IMG/VR virus record: IMGVR_UViG_3300020202_000061
Coordinates: 248,001 to 312,000 of that record
Reading direction: 5' to 3' (one strand)
DNA length: 64,000 nucleotides
Shown: one piece after another, positions 1 through 8,273 of the stretch
Position numbering within the stretch: the stretch's first letter is position 1
Layout of the letters: each line of letters begins with the position of its first letter
Position numbers and translations under genes: made by a program
The notes under the pieces: generated by a model
What the model was told of the DNA's origin: nothing
The model's database searches: none
What the model saw: the letters and a program-made list of their open reading frames with translations, nothing else

Positions 1-71
1 GAGGTATTCGCGTTCATGGATCAGGCCCTAAAATCGGGGATTGAACAAGCCACGAATCGTCGTCGTAACTC

Positions 72-100
72 TTGACATTCCCTCTGATCTGTCCTAAGTA
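72..100 (+). promoter_or_regulatory. sigma70-like promoter for Y-RNA-like element and tRNA-Pro
   Basis: TTGACA-N17-TAAGTA. Confidence 0.7.
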
Positions 101-110
101 GGATGTTGAT

Positions 111-232
111 GACGGGTCGTTAGAATTGGGTTATTGTTGCCTTGATAGCAAACGAGTGGGTTCGATTCCCACGCATCCTCGGAAGAGGGTGTCCTTGGCG
201 GTAGTTCTAGTCCGGTTCGCCTCTTATCCGTC
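111..232 (+). ncRNA. Y RNA (YrlA)-like structured RNA with internal T-arm
   Basis: Terminal stem GACGGG/TCCGTC. Second stem GAATTGGGTTA/TAGTCCGGTTC. 5' GGGTCG and 3' CCTCTTATCC resemble the Ro60-binding stem. Internal GTGGG-TTCGATT-CCCAC T-arm; no 3' CCA. Confidence 0.6.
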
Positions 233-238
233 TTCTTT

Positions 239-316
239 CTGGGATTAGCTCAGTCAGGTTAGAGTGTCGGTTTTGGAAGCCGAAGGTCGAGGGTTCAAAT
301 CCCTCATCCCAGACCA
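239..316 (+). tRNA. tRNA-Pro(TGG)
   Basis: Cloverleaf, anticodon loop TTTGGAA, 3' CCA. Confidence 0.95.
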
Positions 317-334
317 AAATTGGAAGACCAGTTG

Positions 335-376
335 AAAAATCCCCACGAAACTCCTATGTGAGTCGTGGGGATTTTC
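335..376 (+). terminator. intrinsic terminator after tRNA-Pro
   Basis: AAAATCCCCACGA...TCGTGGGGATTTT inverted repeat. Confidence 0.7.
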
Positions 377-377
377 G

Positions 378-611
378 TTGGGGGAATTCATGATCAGTAT
401 TTTGATTGTTTCGCTGGTGGCCGGTTTGGTCATCGCTATTGGTTTTTTGATCAACGACTCTCTTCCAGTGAAATACCCCTATCTGGGGTTCCTTGGCGTT
501 ACAGTGTTTTGGCCCCTCGGGCTGGTTGCGGCTGCAATCTTCGGGCTCGGGTATTTTCTGTTTCAGACTGGGCGTGAGATCGGCGTACTGCTGGGGATGG
601 TGAAGTCATGA
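378..611 (+). CDS. small 2-TM membrane protein (WP-motif family)
   Basis: Two hydrophobic segments, VFWPL motif, SD GGGGA. Confidence 0.8.
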   Translation: MGEFMISILIVSLVAGLVIAIGFLINDSLPVKYPYLGFLGVTVFWPLGLVAAAIFGLGYFLFQTGREIGVLLGMVKS

Positions 612-862
612 TCAGTGGGATTCTCGCATATATTTTGGTCGGTGGCTTATGCTGGGCATTCGGGGTTCTGGGGCTTGTTGCTTTCGATGAAAGTGATCAC
701 GGATTGTTTAGCCAATATCCGTATCTGATCTCGTTGATTCTATTGCTGGGATGGCCTTTGGTTATTCCGAGTGTTATATTGGGACTGATCTGTTATGCGC
801 TGTATCGCGCCACTAAGGAGATTCAACTGCTCTGGTCACGTCTTTCCGGGAAAGCCCTATGA
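608..862 (+). CDS. small 2-TM membrane protein (WP-motif family)
   Basis: ATGA overlap, LGWPL motif. Confidence 0.8.
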   Translation: MISGILAYILVGGLCWAFGVLGLVAFDESDHGLFSQYPYLISLILLLGWPLVIPSVILGLICYALYRATKEIQLLWSRLSGKAL

Positions 863-1104
863 ATTGGTTTTTTGTTGCACTTGCCTACTCGTTTATAGGA
901 GCATGCATCATTGCATTTTATTGGTCGGCGTATGACGATGCCCCACTCGATGCGAAACCACCCCTGCCGTTGTGGACCGGAACCCTACTATTTTTGGGCT
1001 GGCCAATTGCAGGAGTTATTGGTATAATTATCGGGTCGTATTTGTTCGGCCGCGCCCTCTACAGGGAAGCCGCAGAGTTCTTCTCCAAAAAGGGAACTAC
1101 CTGA
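859..1104 (+). CDS. small 2-TM membrane protein (WP-motif family)
   Basis: ATGA overlap, LGWPI motif. Confidence 0.8.
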   Translation: MNWFFVALAYSFIGACIIAFYWSAYDDAPLDAKPPLPLWTGTLLFLGWPIAGVIGIIIGSYLFGRALYREAAEFFSKKGTT

Positions 1105-1301
1105 TGCAGTATTTGGTGTTCTTGGTGGTCGGTCTGTTGTGGGGACTCTACGCCTGCTCGATCCAGGCCCACCGCAAACCCGATGTCGGCGCACTCCGTC
1201 AGACATGGACATTCGTGTTGAACTTTGTCGGCTGGTTCATCCTGATTCCAACCGCTGTGATCAGCCGCCTTATCTACAACCGTACCCTTATTGTTGGATG
1301 A
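1104..1301 (+). CDS. small 2-TM membrane protein
   Basis: TGATG overlap, start MQYLVFLVV, VGWFI motif. Confidence 0.75.
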   Translation: MQYLVFLVVGLLWGLYACSIQAHRKPDVGALRQTWTFVLNFVGWFILIPTAVISRLIYNRTLIVG

Positions 1302-1391
1302 TAAATTTAATCCACGGGGTTTTTCTCATAGGGAATTGACAAACCTCCTGACTGCTCCAAATTTCCTATATAGAGTATAGGGGGTGCGGTC

Positions 1392-1967
1392 ATGATTAAG
1401 AGTTTCTTTGAGAAAACGCAGAACCTTCCAATCTACTCGTGGCTGGTCTGGAATGTATTTGGCCTTGCGCTAATCGGTTATTCGGCTCTCCAGGGTTGGG
1501 TCCAGATGTTTCTGACCCAGGACAACACCCACATCACCAAGATCATTGTCGCGATCTTCCTGATTTTTCAAGGAATCGGTTTCTTCCGAATCCGTGACTT
1601 CTCGAACCAACTCGAAGACTTTCGTACCGGAAAAGTTGATCCGGCCGGGGTGAAGCTGTCTGCGTTGATGACGAGAATGGCCGGTAAGGTTCGTATCTTC
1701 CAGGATGCTGCCGTAGCCCTGGTCACGTTGGGCCTGATTGGAACCGCTGTGGGCTACAAAATCGCGATCTCCGAGGTTGATCCCAACGCGGTGAGTGATC
1801 CCAGTGCGTTGACCGGGATGATCACGACGATGTTCGCCGGAATGAACTACATGCTCTACACCACGATTGCCGGAATGGTGTTCGGAATGTGGTTGATGAA
1901 CACCTATTACATTCTGCGTGGTGCTGGCACGGAAATAGTCGCTCTGGTCCAGGAGAAACAGCCCTGA
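1392..1967 (+). CDS. MotA/TolQ/ExbB proton-channel family protein
   Basis: 4 TM segments; LVTLGLIGTAVG and GMNYMLYTTIAG match the LGLxGT / ALxTTxxG motifs. Confidence 0.8.
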   Translation: MIKSFFEKTQNLPIYSWLVWNVFGLALIGYSALQGWVQMFLTQDNTHITKIIVAIFLIFQGIGFFRIRDFSNQLEDFRTGKVDPAGVKLSALMTRMAGKVRIFQDAAVALVTLGLIGTAVGYKIAISEVDPNAVSDPSALTGMITTMFAGMNYMLYTTIAGMVFGMWLMNTYYILRGAGTEIVALVQEKQP

Positions 1968-2617
1968 TGTTCGACTCGAACAGCGATGAGTTTCTAGGAC
2001 TGGCGTGGCGTGATGTTCTTTGGAACATGGTGAGTGCGGTTACCCTGATTCTGGTCATGATGATCCCGCTCATCGCGATCCAACAGACCAAGAACAACAC
2101 CGACAATGAAGGTTCGATCAACCAGGACAACATGATCATCGTCGAGATCAGATGGCCTGATGTCCAATGTGATGATGTTGATCTCTGGCTGATGGCACCG
2201 AACGAGGAGAAACCCATTGGATTCTCGAATCGTGGTGGTCGCACCATGGACCTTCTTCGTGACGATCTGGGTTGCACCAGCGATGGTACCAAGATCAACT
2301 ACGAGACCCAATTCAGCCGTGGTATTCCCGATGGTGAATACATCGTGAATATCCAGTTGTACAACAAGTCATCAGTCGGTGATGTTCCGGTAAACGGTGC
2401 GGTTACGCTACGTCGTCCCAAGTCGAGCGGGGATAGCGCTCTGGAAGGGAAGAAGATGTCCGAGCAACTCGTCGTACGCGAGGTCGTGCTGACCAAGGAT
2501 GATGAGGAAGTCACACTGTTCCGATTCCGTATGAAGGGTGGGCAGTTGGTGCCGGGATCGGTCAACAACAACTTCAAGAGTATCTTCCAGAAGAACGAAA
2601 TTAGGATCATGCACTGA
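1967..2617 (+). CDS. single-TM partner of the MotA/TolQ-like protein (ExbD/MotB-like position)
   Basis: AWRDVLWN (Asp at TM start), then a periplasmic domain with WPD..DVDLW, LLRDDLG, GEYIVN. Confidence 0.65.
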   Translation: MFDSNSDEFLGLAWRDVLWNMVSAVTLILVMMIPLIAIQQTKNNTDNEGSINQDNMIIVEIRWPDVQCDDVDLWLMAPNEEKPIGFSNRGGRTMDLLRDDLGCTSDGTKINYETQFSRGIPDGEYIVNIQLYNKSSVGDVPVNGAVTLRRPKSSGDSALEGKKMSEQLVVREVVLTKDDEEVTLFRFRMKGGQLVPGSVNNNFKSIFQKNEIRIMH

Positions 2618-3165
2618 TGAATGAACTTATCTGGTTTGGAATCTCTCTGGTCCTGGTATTTCTGAGCACGATGATCGCGCTCACCGGTCAACTCTCGACG
2701 GTATCGCGTTGGTCTGTGATCCTGTTGTTCGCGGGATTCATCGGATGCGGCGGCCTCACTGCGGTGAACCTGCTGTCCCGTCCCATGCCCATCGCCTGGT
2801 ACCAGTCTCTGCCGTGGAATCCCGAACTCAACGGGGTTCAGGTCATCGGATACTCCCAGGATCAGGGCGAGGCCATCTACTTGGTCATCAAGGTTCCGGG
2901 CTCTGAGAAGCCCGTGAGCCTGATTCTACCCTGGTCCGATAAGACCGCCGAGAGCGGAGATTCCGCCATGGTCAACCTGGAGAAGGCCGGACCCGGCGCG
3001 GAATTGATGTTCTCCGCTGGCGGTCAGGGACCGGCTGGAGGCGTCGGCACGTTCCAGGTCGGATATCCCCAACCTCTTCCAGAGAAGGAACCCGTCCGGT
3101 CTGAGGAAACCATCAATCTGAACGCTCCGGCGGTGCCCGCACAGATGCCGAACGAAACCCCTTGA
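2617..3165 (+). CDS. membrane protein, third gene of the TolQ-like operon
   Basis: 2 N-terminal TM, LSRP.P, AIYL, LPWS; TGATG coupling. Confidence 0.7.
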   Translation: MNELIWFGISLVLVFLSTMIALTGQLSTVSRWSVILLFAGFIGCGGLTAVNLLSRPMPIAWYQSLPWNPELNGVQVIGYSQDQGEAIYLVIKVPGSEKPVSLILPWSDKTAESGDSAMVNLEKAGPGAELMFSAGGQGPAGGVGTFQVGYPQPLPEKEPVRSEETINLNAPAVPAQMPNETP

Positions 3166-3190
3166 CATTCCCGAGAGTATCATCTAAATA
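3162..3190 (+). promoter_or_regulatory. tRNA promoter
   Basis: TTGACA-N17-TAAATA. Confidence 0.75.
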
Positions 3191-3207
3191 CCCGTCACCA
3201 AACATAT

Positions 3208-3283
3208 TCCCCAGTAGCTCAGTTGGTAGAGCGTTTGACTGTTAATCAAAATGTCGGAGGTTCGAGACCTTCCTGGGGAGCCA
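3208..3283 (+). tRNA. tRNA-Asn(GTT)
   Basis: Canonical cloverleaf, loop CTGTTAA, CCA. Confidence 0.95.
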
Positions 3284-3293
3284 AATGTCCTAT

Positions 3294-3369
3294 TCCAGAC
3301 AACGCACCGGGTGTGCGGGCTGGCTGTTAACCAGTATCGAGCTAGGTTCGAGTCCTAGGTCTGGAGCCA
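3294..3369 (+). tRNA. atypical tRNA-Asn(GTT)
   Basis: Acceptor TCCAGAC/GTCTGGA, A8A9 connector, D-arm CGCA-CCGGGTG-TGCG, loop CTGTTAA, CCA. Confidence 0.85.
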
Positions 3370-3370
3370 A

Positions 3371-3478
3371 AATCCCATTAGTTCCGCGCTAGGGCCTATT
3401 GTCCCATCCCCACTGACAATAACAAGGTCGCAAACAAATCCTGATGATGGATCGGGAGAGGTCGGGTTCGCTCCGACT
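3371..3478 (+). ncRNA. candidate structured RNA in tRNA trailer
   Basis: Three hairpins; loops CCATC and GATGG are complementary. Confidence 0.4.
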
Positions 3479-3528
3479 GCTTGACATCCCTTGATTTGTT
3501 ACCATTTTCTCTCAGGGGAGAATCCATC

Positions 3529-3843
3529 ATGACAGAAGATTTCAAGTTCGGCTTTGGGCGTTTTCTGAGCGAGCCCGAGATGGTCACGGACCTGATCGAC
3601 AACAGGTTGACGACTCAGGACAGGGCGGAATTCCGTAAGACTCCGGAACAGGACCTGATCATACTCCACCACGGCCTGGGCATGTGGATCAGGAACTTCT
3701 ACGGGCTCTGGCGCGAGGATAACCCTTACACCAAGGTCAACGCTGGGCCTAATTCCGAAGGAATCATTGATGATCCGCTGTTTCCGGATCAGGTCAGCCA
3801 GCGCATCATCGAGGCAGCGTGGCGTAAACTCCGCATCGACTAA
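3529..3843 (+). CDS. DUF6794-like protein
   Basis: LHHGLGMWIRNFYGLW motif; SD GGGGAG. Confidence 0.7.
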   Translation: MTEDFKFGFGRFLSEPEMVTDLIDNRLTTQDRAEFRKTPEQDLIILHHGLGMWIRNFYGLWREDNPYTKVNAGPNSEGIIDDPLFPDQVSQRIIEAAWRKLRID

Positions 3844-3881
3844 TCCTTGACATTTCGAAACCTCAGGATTATGCTGGGGTT

Positions 3882-4061
3882 ATGAGTGATCCAGTTTTCC
3901 TTGCTGTGGTAGTGGTCACCTGTATGGTGATGATGAGCCTCGTGCTCTGGGTGCTGCTGCCCAAGACAATCAATCGGCTGATCCCCATCGCGATCTCGAA
4001 TCTTGTGTTCCTGATCATGATTGCGAATCCGGTGCTCCGCGCCCTTGAAGGGAGATTCTGA
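3882..4061 (+). CDS. small membrane protein (59 aa)
   Basis: Manually translated MSDPVFLAVVVV...EGRF*; below the ORF-track cutoff. Confidence 0.7.
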   Translation: MSDPVFLAVVVVTCMVMMSLVLWVLLPKTINRLIPIAISNLVFLIMIANPVLRALEGRF

Positions 4062-4240
4062 TGCGTGAACTGGTTCTGTCCGCACTCAAGAAGATGCCGG
4101 TCCGCTCGGGCGATCCGGAGTGGGAAACCTCCCTGGAGGCGATGCCCGACAATATCCTGGTGGACCTCCTGATCAAGCGGGCGCATACCGATGGGTATCG
4201 CCAGTGTATGATCGACTACCCCGACAACCAGTACATCTGA
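4061..4240 (+). CDS. hypothetical protein (59 aa)
   Basis: TGATG coupling; MRELVLSALKK...NQYI*. Confidence 0.7.
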   Translation: MRELVLSALKKMPVRSGDPEWETSLEAMPDNILVDLLIKRAHTDGYRQCMIDYPDNQYI

Positions 4241-4247
4241 GGCGGTT

Positions 4248-4511
4248 ATGGCCAAGCAGAAAAAGGAACGCGAACTGACAAAGCTGGAACGCTATCGCTT
4301 GGCCATGATCGAGCACAAACGTCGAATCGAATCCGGCTCGGTCACGACCGAGCACATGAACGAGTTGGTCGTGGTGATCGCCAACTCATTTCGGTTTGGG
4401 TCTGGCATCGTCTGGAGCCAATCCAACAAAGTTCTGGAAGAGGTATTCGGTGAAGTGCCTGCGTGGCACAACCGGGTCGAGGACCATGAGCAGATCGAGG
4501 GGCTGGCCTGA
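4248..4511 (+). CDS. hypothetical protein
   Basis: SD GAGG, in a coupled gene run. Confidence 0.75.
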   Translation: MAKQKKERELTKLERYRLAMIEHKRRIESGSVTTEHMNELVVVIANSFRFGSGIVWSQSNKVLEEVFGEVPAWHNRVEDHEQIEGLA

Positions 4512-4768
4512 TGGAACTTTACACAATCCTGGACGTGTGGGATCAGGTCACCGTGGTTACATCGACCACGGACATCGTCAACTACGTCCGTTATACATCG
4601 GCCGATGCTCTGCGGACCAAATACTTCATGGATCGTGAGTTCACCGTGCCGTTGTCGGTGGAGGCCCTGACCGAGACGTTCCAGAGTCCGACTCGCGGCG
4701 TGGTGCCGATCTACGTGCAGAACGTCTCGTATCGTCCCAGCTTCAAGGTGCAGCGTCATGCCGTATGA
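4511..4768 (+). CDS. hypothetical protein
   Basis: TGATG coupling. Confidence 0.75.
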   Translation: MELYTILDVWDQVTVVTSTTDIVNYVRYTSADALRTKYFMDREFTVPLSVEALTETFQSPTRGVVPIYVQNVSYRPSFKVQRHAV

Positions 4769-5115
4769 CCCATGGGATCGATTCTATGACTAGACCACAG
4801 GATGAGGGATTCGACGAGATCACTGGTGGTCTGGCACCGAGACTTGGTGTGGTTCTCCCGGCCGATGAGATACCCCTGGGTTCCCAGGTGACCAAGCGCA
4901 CCGGCCGCGCCCAATACACCCTAGGCGACCGCCTACGCGTGTTCAACGCGGGTGGTGAGAAGCAGGAGATCGTCGCCCAGGAGGGAACCCGCTTCCTCAT
5001 CGGCGACCGAGGCGATGCCAATGCGATCCCAGCCAGCACCGAACTCATCTGGTTGATCGAGGAAGAGGAACTCCTCTTCTGGCTCGAAGCCCGTCAGAAC
5101 GGAACGCCACAGTGA
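4765..5115 (+). CDS. hypothetical protein
   Basis: ATGA coupling. Confidence 0.75.
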   Translation: MTHGIDSMTRPQDEGFDEITGGLAPRLGVVLPADEIPLGSQVTKRTGRAQYTLGDRLRVFNAGGEKQEIVAQEGTRFLIGDRGDANAIPASTELIWLIEEEELLFWLEARQNGTPQ

Positions 5116-5433
5116 AGCGCCGCCGTAAAACCGATGCCTATATCTGCGATATCTGTGGTGTGGGCGGCTGCAAGCTCTGGAGAGAGTATCAGACGTTTGA
5201 TCCACGCCTGTTCTGTCGAGCATGCTTGTGAGGACCAGGGCAAGGATGCCTCACTGTTCACCGCAGCGGGACTTCGTCCGAGTGACGTGATCAACATTCC
5301 CGGCCACATGACCGATCAGATCGGCTGGCTCGTACCGGCGCTTCCCTCCGAGGGTGGTTATTGGGGCTACACAAGTTCTCCGGTCGAGTCCATTGCTGCC
5401 TGGAAAGCCCTACCTACGTATCCTCGGCGTTGA
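5112..5433 (+). pseudogene. frameshifted Zn-finger (CxxC) phage protein
   Basis: Coupled GTG at 5112 gives YICDICGVGGCKLWREYQTF..LFC with a stop at 5231. The +1 frame continues VEHACED...TDQIGWLVPALP...YWGYTS...W..LP. Confidence 0.65.
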
Positions 5434-5472
5434 AATCCCCAGGGTTTCCACCCACCTTCGTGTGGGGGAAAC

Positions 5473-5952
5473 ATGCTGGCGCACGTCGATTGGGGTGGAC
5501 CGAATCAGGAATACCGATACACCTTGTGGAGGATTTGGGACGATTCGCTCCCAATCGTTCAGTGGATCGGCCTGAATCCGAGCACCGCTGACGAACACCG
5601 GGATGACCCGACCATCCGTAAGTGCGTGGGATTCGCTCGCCGCTGGGGAGCGGGTGCGATTTGCATGACCAATCTGTTTGCGTGGCGCGACACCAAGCCC
5701 GCTAACATGATGCGAGTGGCCGATCCTGTGGGACCGGAGAATGACCGGATTCTCCAGGAAGTGGCAAAGCATGCCACGATCCGAGTGGCCGCCTGGGGTA
5801 ATCACGGAGTGCATCTGAATCGAGCGGAGATCGTCACCAAGATGATCCCCGATCTCAGCATGCTCCGTATCAACGAAGCTACCGGCCAGCCTGGACATCC
5901 CCTCTACATACCCTATGAAACGAGTCTGAGTCCGTATGAAATCCGTCGCTAA
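5473..5952 (+). CDS. DUF1643 family protein
   Basis: YRYTLWRIW, IGLNPSTAD, DDPTIRKC, NLFA, AAWG, HPLY. Confidence 0.9.
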   Translation: MLAHVDWGGPNQEYRYTLWRIWDDSLPIVQWIGLNPSTADEHRDDPTIRKCVGFARRWGAGAICMTNLFAWRDTKPANMMRVADPVGPENDRILQEVAKHATIRVAAWGNHGVHLNRAEIVTKMIPDLSMLRINEATGQPGHPLYIPYETSLSPYEIRR

Positions 5953-7072
5953 TATCATCCATAAATGGCCCAAGCTGAAAACTGATGGCGAACGCCTGGG
6001 AATGCTCCGCGCCATCGCCACGGATAGTGATTTTTGGTTCTGTCTCCATCTGAATTCGGAGAATCGTCCGACCAATCCCTATCAGATGGTATTCGGTCCG
6101 AATCCCACCTACGGAAGCGGTGTGGTTCACGGAGTGTTTCAGAAACTGGTTTATGCGTTGGAGCGGCAAGGACTCAAGCAGGAGCGCATGATCCAGGCCG
6201 TCCAGGCATTTGCCGGAGCCTGCACCCAAGAGGAATGGGAACTCTTCTACATGCCCATCCTCAATCAGATTCGTCCCTCGATCTATGTGCCGCCACATCT
6301 GTTTAATCGAGTTGCTCCAGAAGAGTTTCGAATCCGCTGGCCCAGGCTGATTCCGATGAAACCAGTCGATGAGAATTGGCGCTATGAGACCGAATACTAC
6401 GTGGAACCGTTACCCACCGAGGATTACCCCCGTCGAGAGATGTGGGTGATCGAGCCGGTGCGGGTATACGGTGTGGACGAGTTCGAGCAGACCGTGGATC
6501 GTCCGGAGGTCGTAGCGATCTTCGAGAAACTCCTACTCACGGATGAGATCGCGTTTCCGATCCTGTTGGAGGTCTACGCTGATCCCCTGGTGGTGCGTGA
6601 CGTGCATTTCCCTCGGGTCAATCTCCATCTGGAAGAACGCATGGAACTCCTGGAGGATATCCGTCATCGCTTGGAAGATACCGTGGAATTCTCCGAGGTT
6701 CACAAGGTTGAAACCGCAGCGATGAACGATCAACTCGCGATGTTCTGGGAGCAGGGTTATCGAGGGATGGTTTTGCGTTCGGCTCGCAGCGATATGTTGG
6801 TGCAGCCCACAGACCGGGTTTCGGTTCGAATAGACAACTATACGGAACAGAACAAAATCCTCGAATCCATTGATGTGCTCGTGCGGAATGGATTATCCCC
6901 GCATACGCAAATTGTCAAAGCAGGCTTGAAATCTCCCAACGCCCGTCAACTTTATGAGGGCGAGAATATCCCAAGACGGCAAACCGTGCGATTACTGACG
7001 TGCGGCACGGACCGACATGGGGATTTCATGTTTCCTGTATTTGACCAAGTGGAAGAGGACAAAAATGACTGA
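5936..7072 (+). CDS. degenerate ATP-dependent DNA ligase-like protein
   Basis: N-terminal helical domain (WELFYMPIL), GYRGMVLR, and GDFMFPVF resembling the ligase OB-domain motif; no KxDG. Confidence 0.5.
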   Translation: MKSVANIIHKWPKLKTDGERLGMLRAIATDSDFWFCLHLNSENRPTNPYQMVFGPNPTYGSGVVHGVFQKLVYALERQGLKQERMIQAVQAFAGACTQEEWELFYMPILNQIRPSIYVPPHLFNRVAPEEFRIRWPRLIPMKPVDENWRYETEYYVEPLPTEDYPRREMWVIEPVRVYGVDEFEQTVDRPEVVAIFEKLLLTDEIAFPILLEVYADPLVVRDVHFPRVNLHLEERMELLEDIRHRLEDTVEFSEVHKVETAAMNDQLAMFWEQGYRGMVLRSARSDMLVQPTDRVSVRIDNYTEQNKILESIDVLVRNGLSPHTQIVKAGLKSPNARQLYEGENIPRRQTVRLLTCGTDRHGDFMFPVFDQVEEDKND

Positions 7073-7334
7073 TGTAGGTGGCATTGCCAGCGAACGTTTG
7101 AAGAGCTTCATCGAGCGCATCGAACGTCTGGAAGAAGAGAAGTCTGGAATCTCCGGTGATATCAAGGCGGTCTATGACGAAGCGAAGAGCACAGGCTTCG
7201 AGACCAAGATCATGAAGGAGATCATCAAGCGCCGTAAGAAGGATCGCAAGACTCTTCAGGAAGAAGACGCGCTGCTCGAACTCTACCAGCATGCTCTGGG
7301 TATGACCTCCGAGGGGGAAGACCCCGAAGAATAA
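7065..7334 (+). CDS. gapR: GapR (DUF2312) nucleoid-associated protein
   Basis: LKSFIERIERLEEEK..I..DIK.VY.EAK..GF..K.M..II. Confidence 0.92.
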   Translation: MTDVGGIASERLKSFIERIERLEEEKSGISGDIKAVYDEAKSTGFETKIMKEIIKRRKKDRKTLQEEDALLELYQHALGMTSEGEDPEE

Positions 7335-7696
7335 TGGCTGTTGATCTGGTCATCTTTACGGGCGACCGAGGGGAGTATCGCCTGTGTAATCGAATCTGGC
7401 ATGGCGGTCCGGATCGTCCGGACTACGAGTTCATGCAGGAACTCACGTTGATGCAGGCGATCATCCTCTATCAGACGGGAGTCGCGGACGACTACACACC
7501 CGGTAAAGAACTGGAACGAGCAGAACCGGTCAAACCGGCCGATAGAAAGAAAAACAAACCGCGCTTCCGCGTGAAAGCGCTGATAAGAAAGATCGAGGGG
7601 GATCATGACTTGGGAGAAGCGTTGGATGGATGTGGCCGATCTGGTCGCATCCTGGAGCAAGGATCGCAGTCGCAAAACCGGGGCTGTGATTGTTGA
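7334..7696 (+). CDS. hypothetical protein
   Basis: TAATG coupling; overlaps the next gene by about 90 nt. Confidence 0.6.
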   Translation: MAVDLVIFTGDRGEYRLCNRIWHGGPDRPDYEFMQELTLMQAIILYQTGVADDYTPGKELERAEPVKPADRKKNKPRFRVKALIRKIEGDHDLGEALDGCGRSGRILEQGSQSQNRGCDC

Positions 7697-8063
7697 TGAT
7701 CGTCAAGTCGTCATCGCGGTGGGTTGGAACGGGTTCCCGCGTGGAATTGACGACAACGTAGAGCAGCGTCACGAGCGTCCGGCCAAGTATCAGTGGACCG
7801 AGCACGCCGAGCGCAATGCCATCTTCAATGCCGCCGCCAAGGGCATTTCCACTCGTGGAACCACCATGTATCTCACGTGGTATCCCTGCGCGGATTGCGC
7901 TCGCTCAGTGATCCAGGCGGGCATCTCCTATTTGGTCAGTGTTGAGCCGGACTGGAACGACCCGAAGTGGGGTCAGGACTTCGTCATGGTCAAGGACATG
8001 CTGTCCGAGGCCGGAGTCAACGTGCGTTTCGTCACGGATCGCACCGCACCAATCATGAAGTAA
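7605..8063 (+). CDS. dCMP deaminase
   Basis: SKD, GWNG.P, HAERNAI, PCADC. Confidence 0.95.
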   Translation: MTWEKRWMDVADLVASWSKDRSRKTGAVIVDDRQVVIAVGWNGFPRGIDDNVEQRHERPAKYQWTEHAERNAIFNAAAKGISTRGTTMYLTWYPCADCARSVIQAGISYLVSVEPDWNDPKWGQDFVMVKDMLSEAGVNVRFVTDRTAPIMK

Positions 8064-8072
8064 GGAGGAATT

Positions 8073-8270
8073 ATGACCACAGTAGCACATATTCAACTCA
8101 GTGACGGTACCGTCATGGAGCGTGTGTCCATCACGAGCCCAGCAGACGCGGATTTCGGCGACAACATTCAGAACGTGTTCAACGCGGGATGGATTCAGGT
8201 CCTCTTGGAGGCCAAGCCGGTATGGGTCCAGGTCCCGACCATTGCACTGATCGAGCCCGTTGCGGAGTAG
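8073..8270 (+). CDS. hypothetical protein
   Basis: Strong SD AGGAGG. Confidence 0.75.
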   Translation: MTTVAHIQLSDGTVMERVSITSPADADFGDNIQNVFNAGWIQVLLEAKPVWVQVPTIALIEPVAE

Positions 8271-8273
8271 TCC

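Noticed and set aside
3441-3460. CTGATGA hammerhead-like core
   Set aside because: No downstream GAAA or stem arrangement; the sequence fits a simple hairpin.
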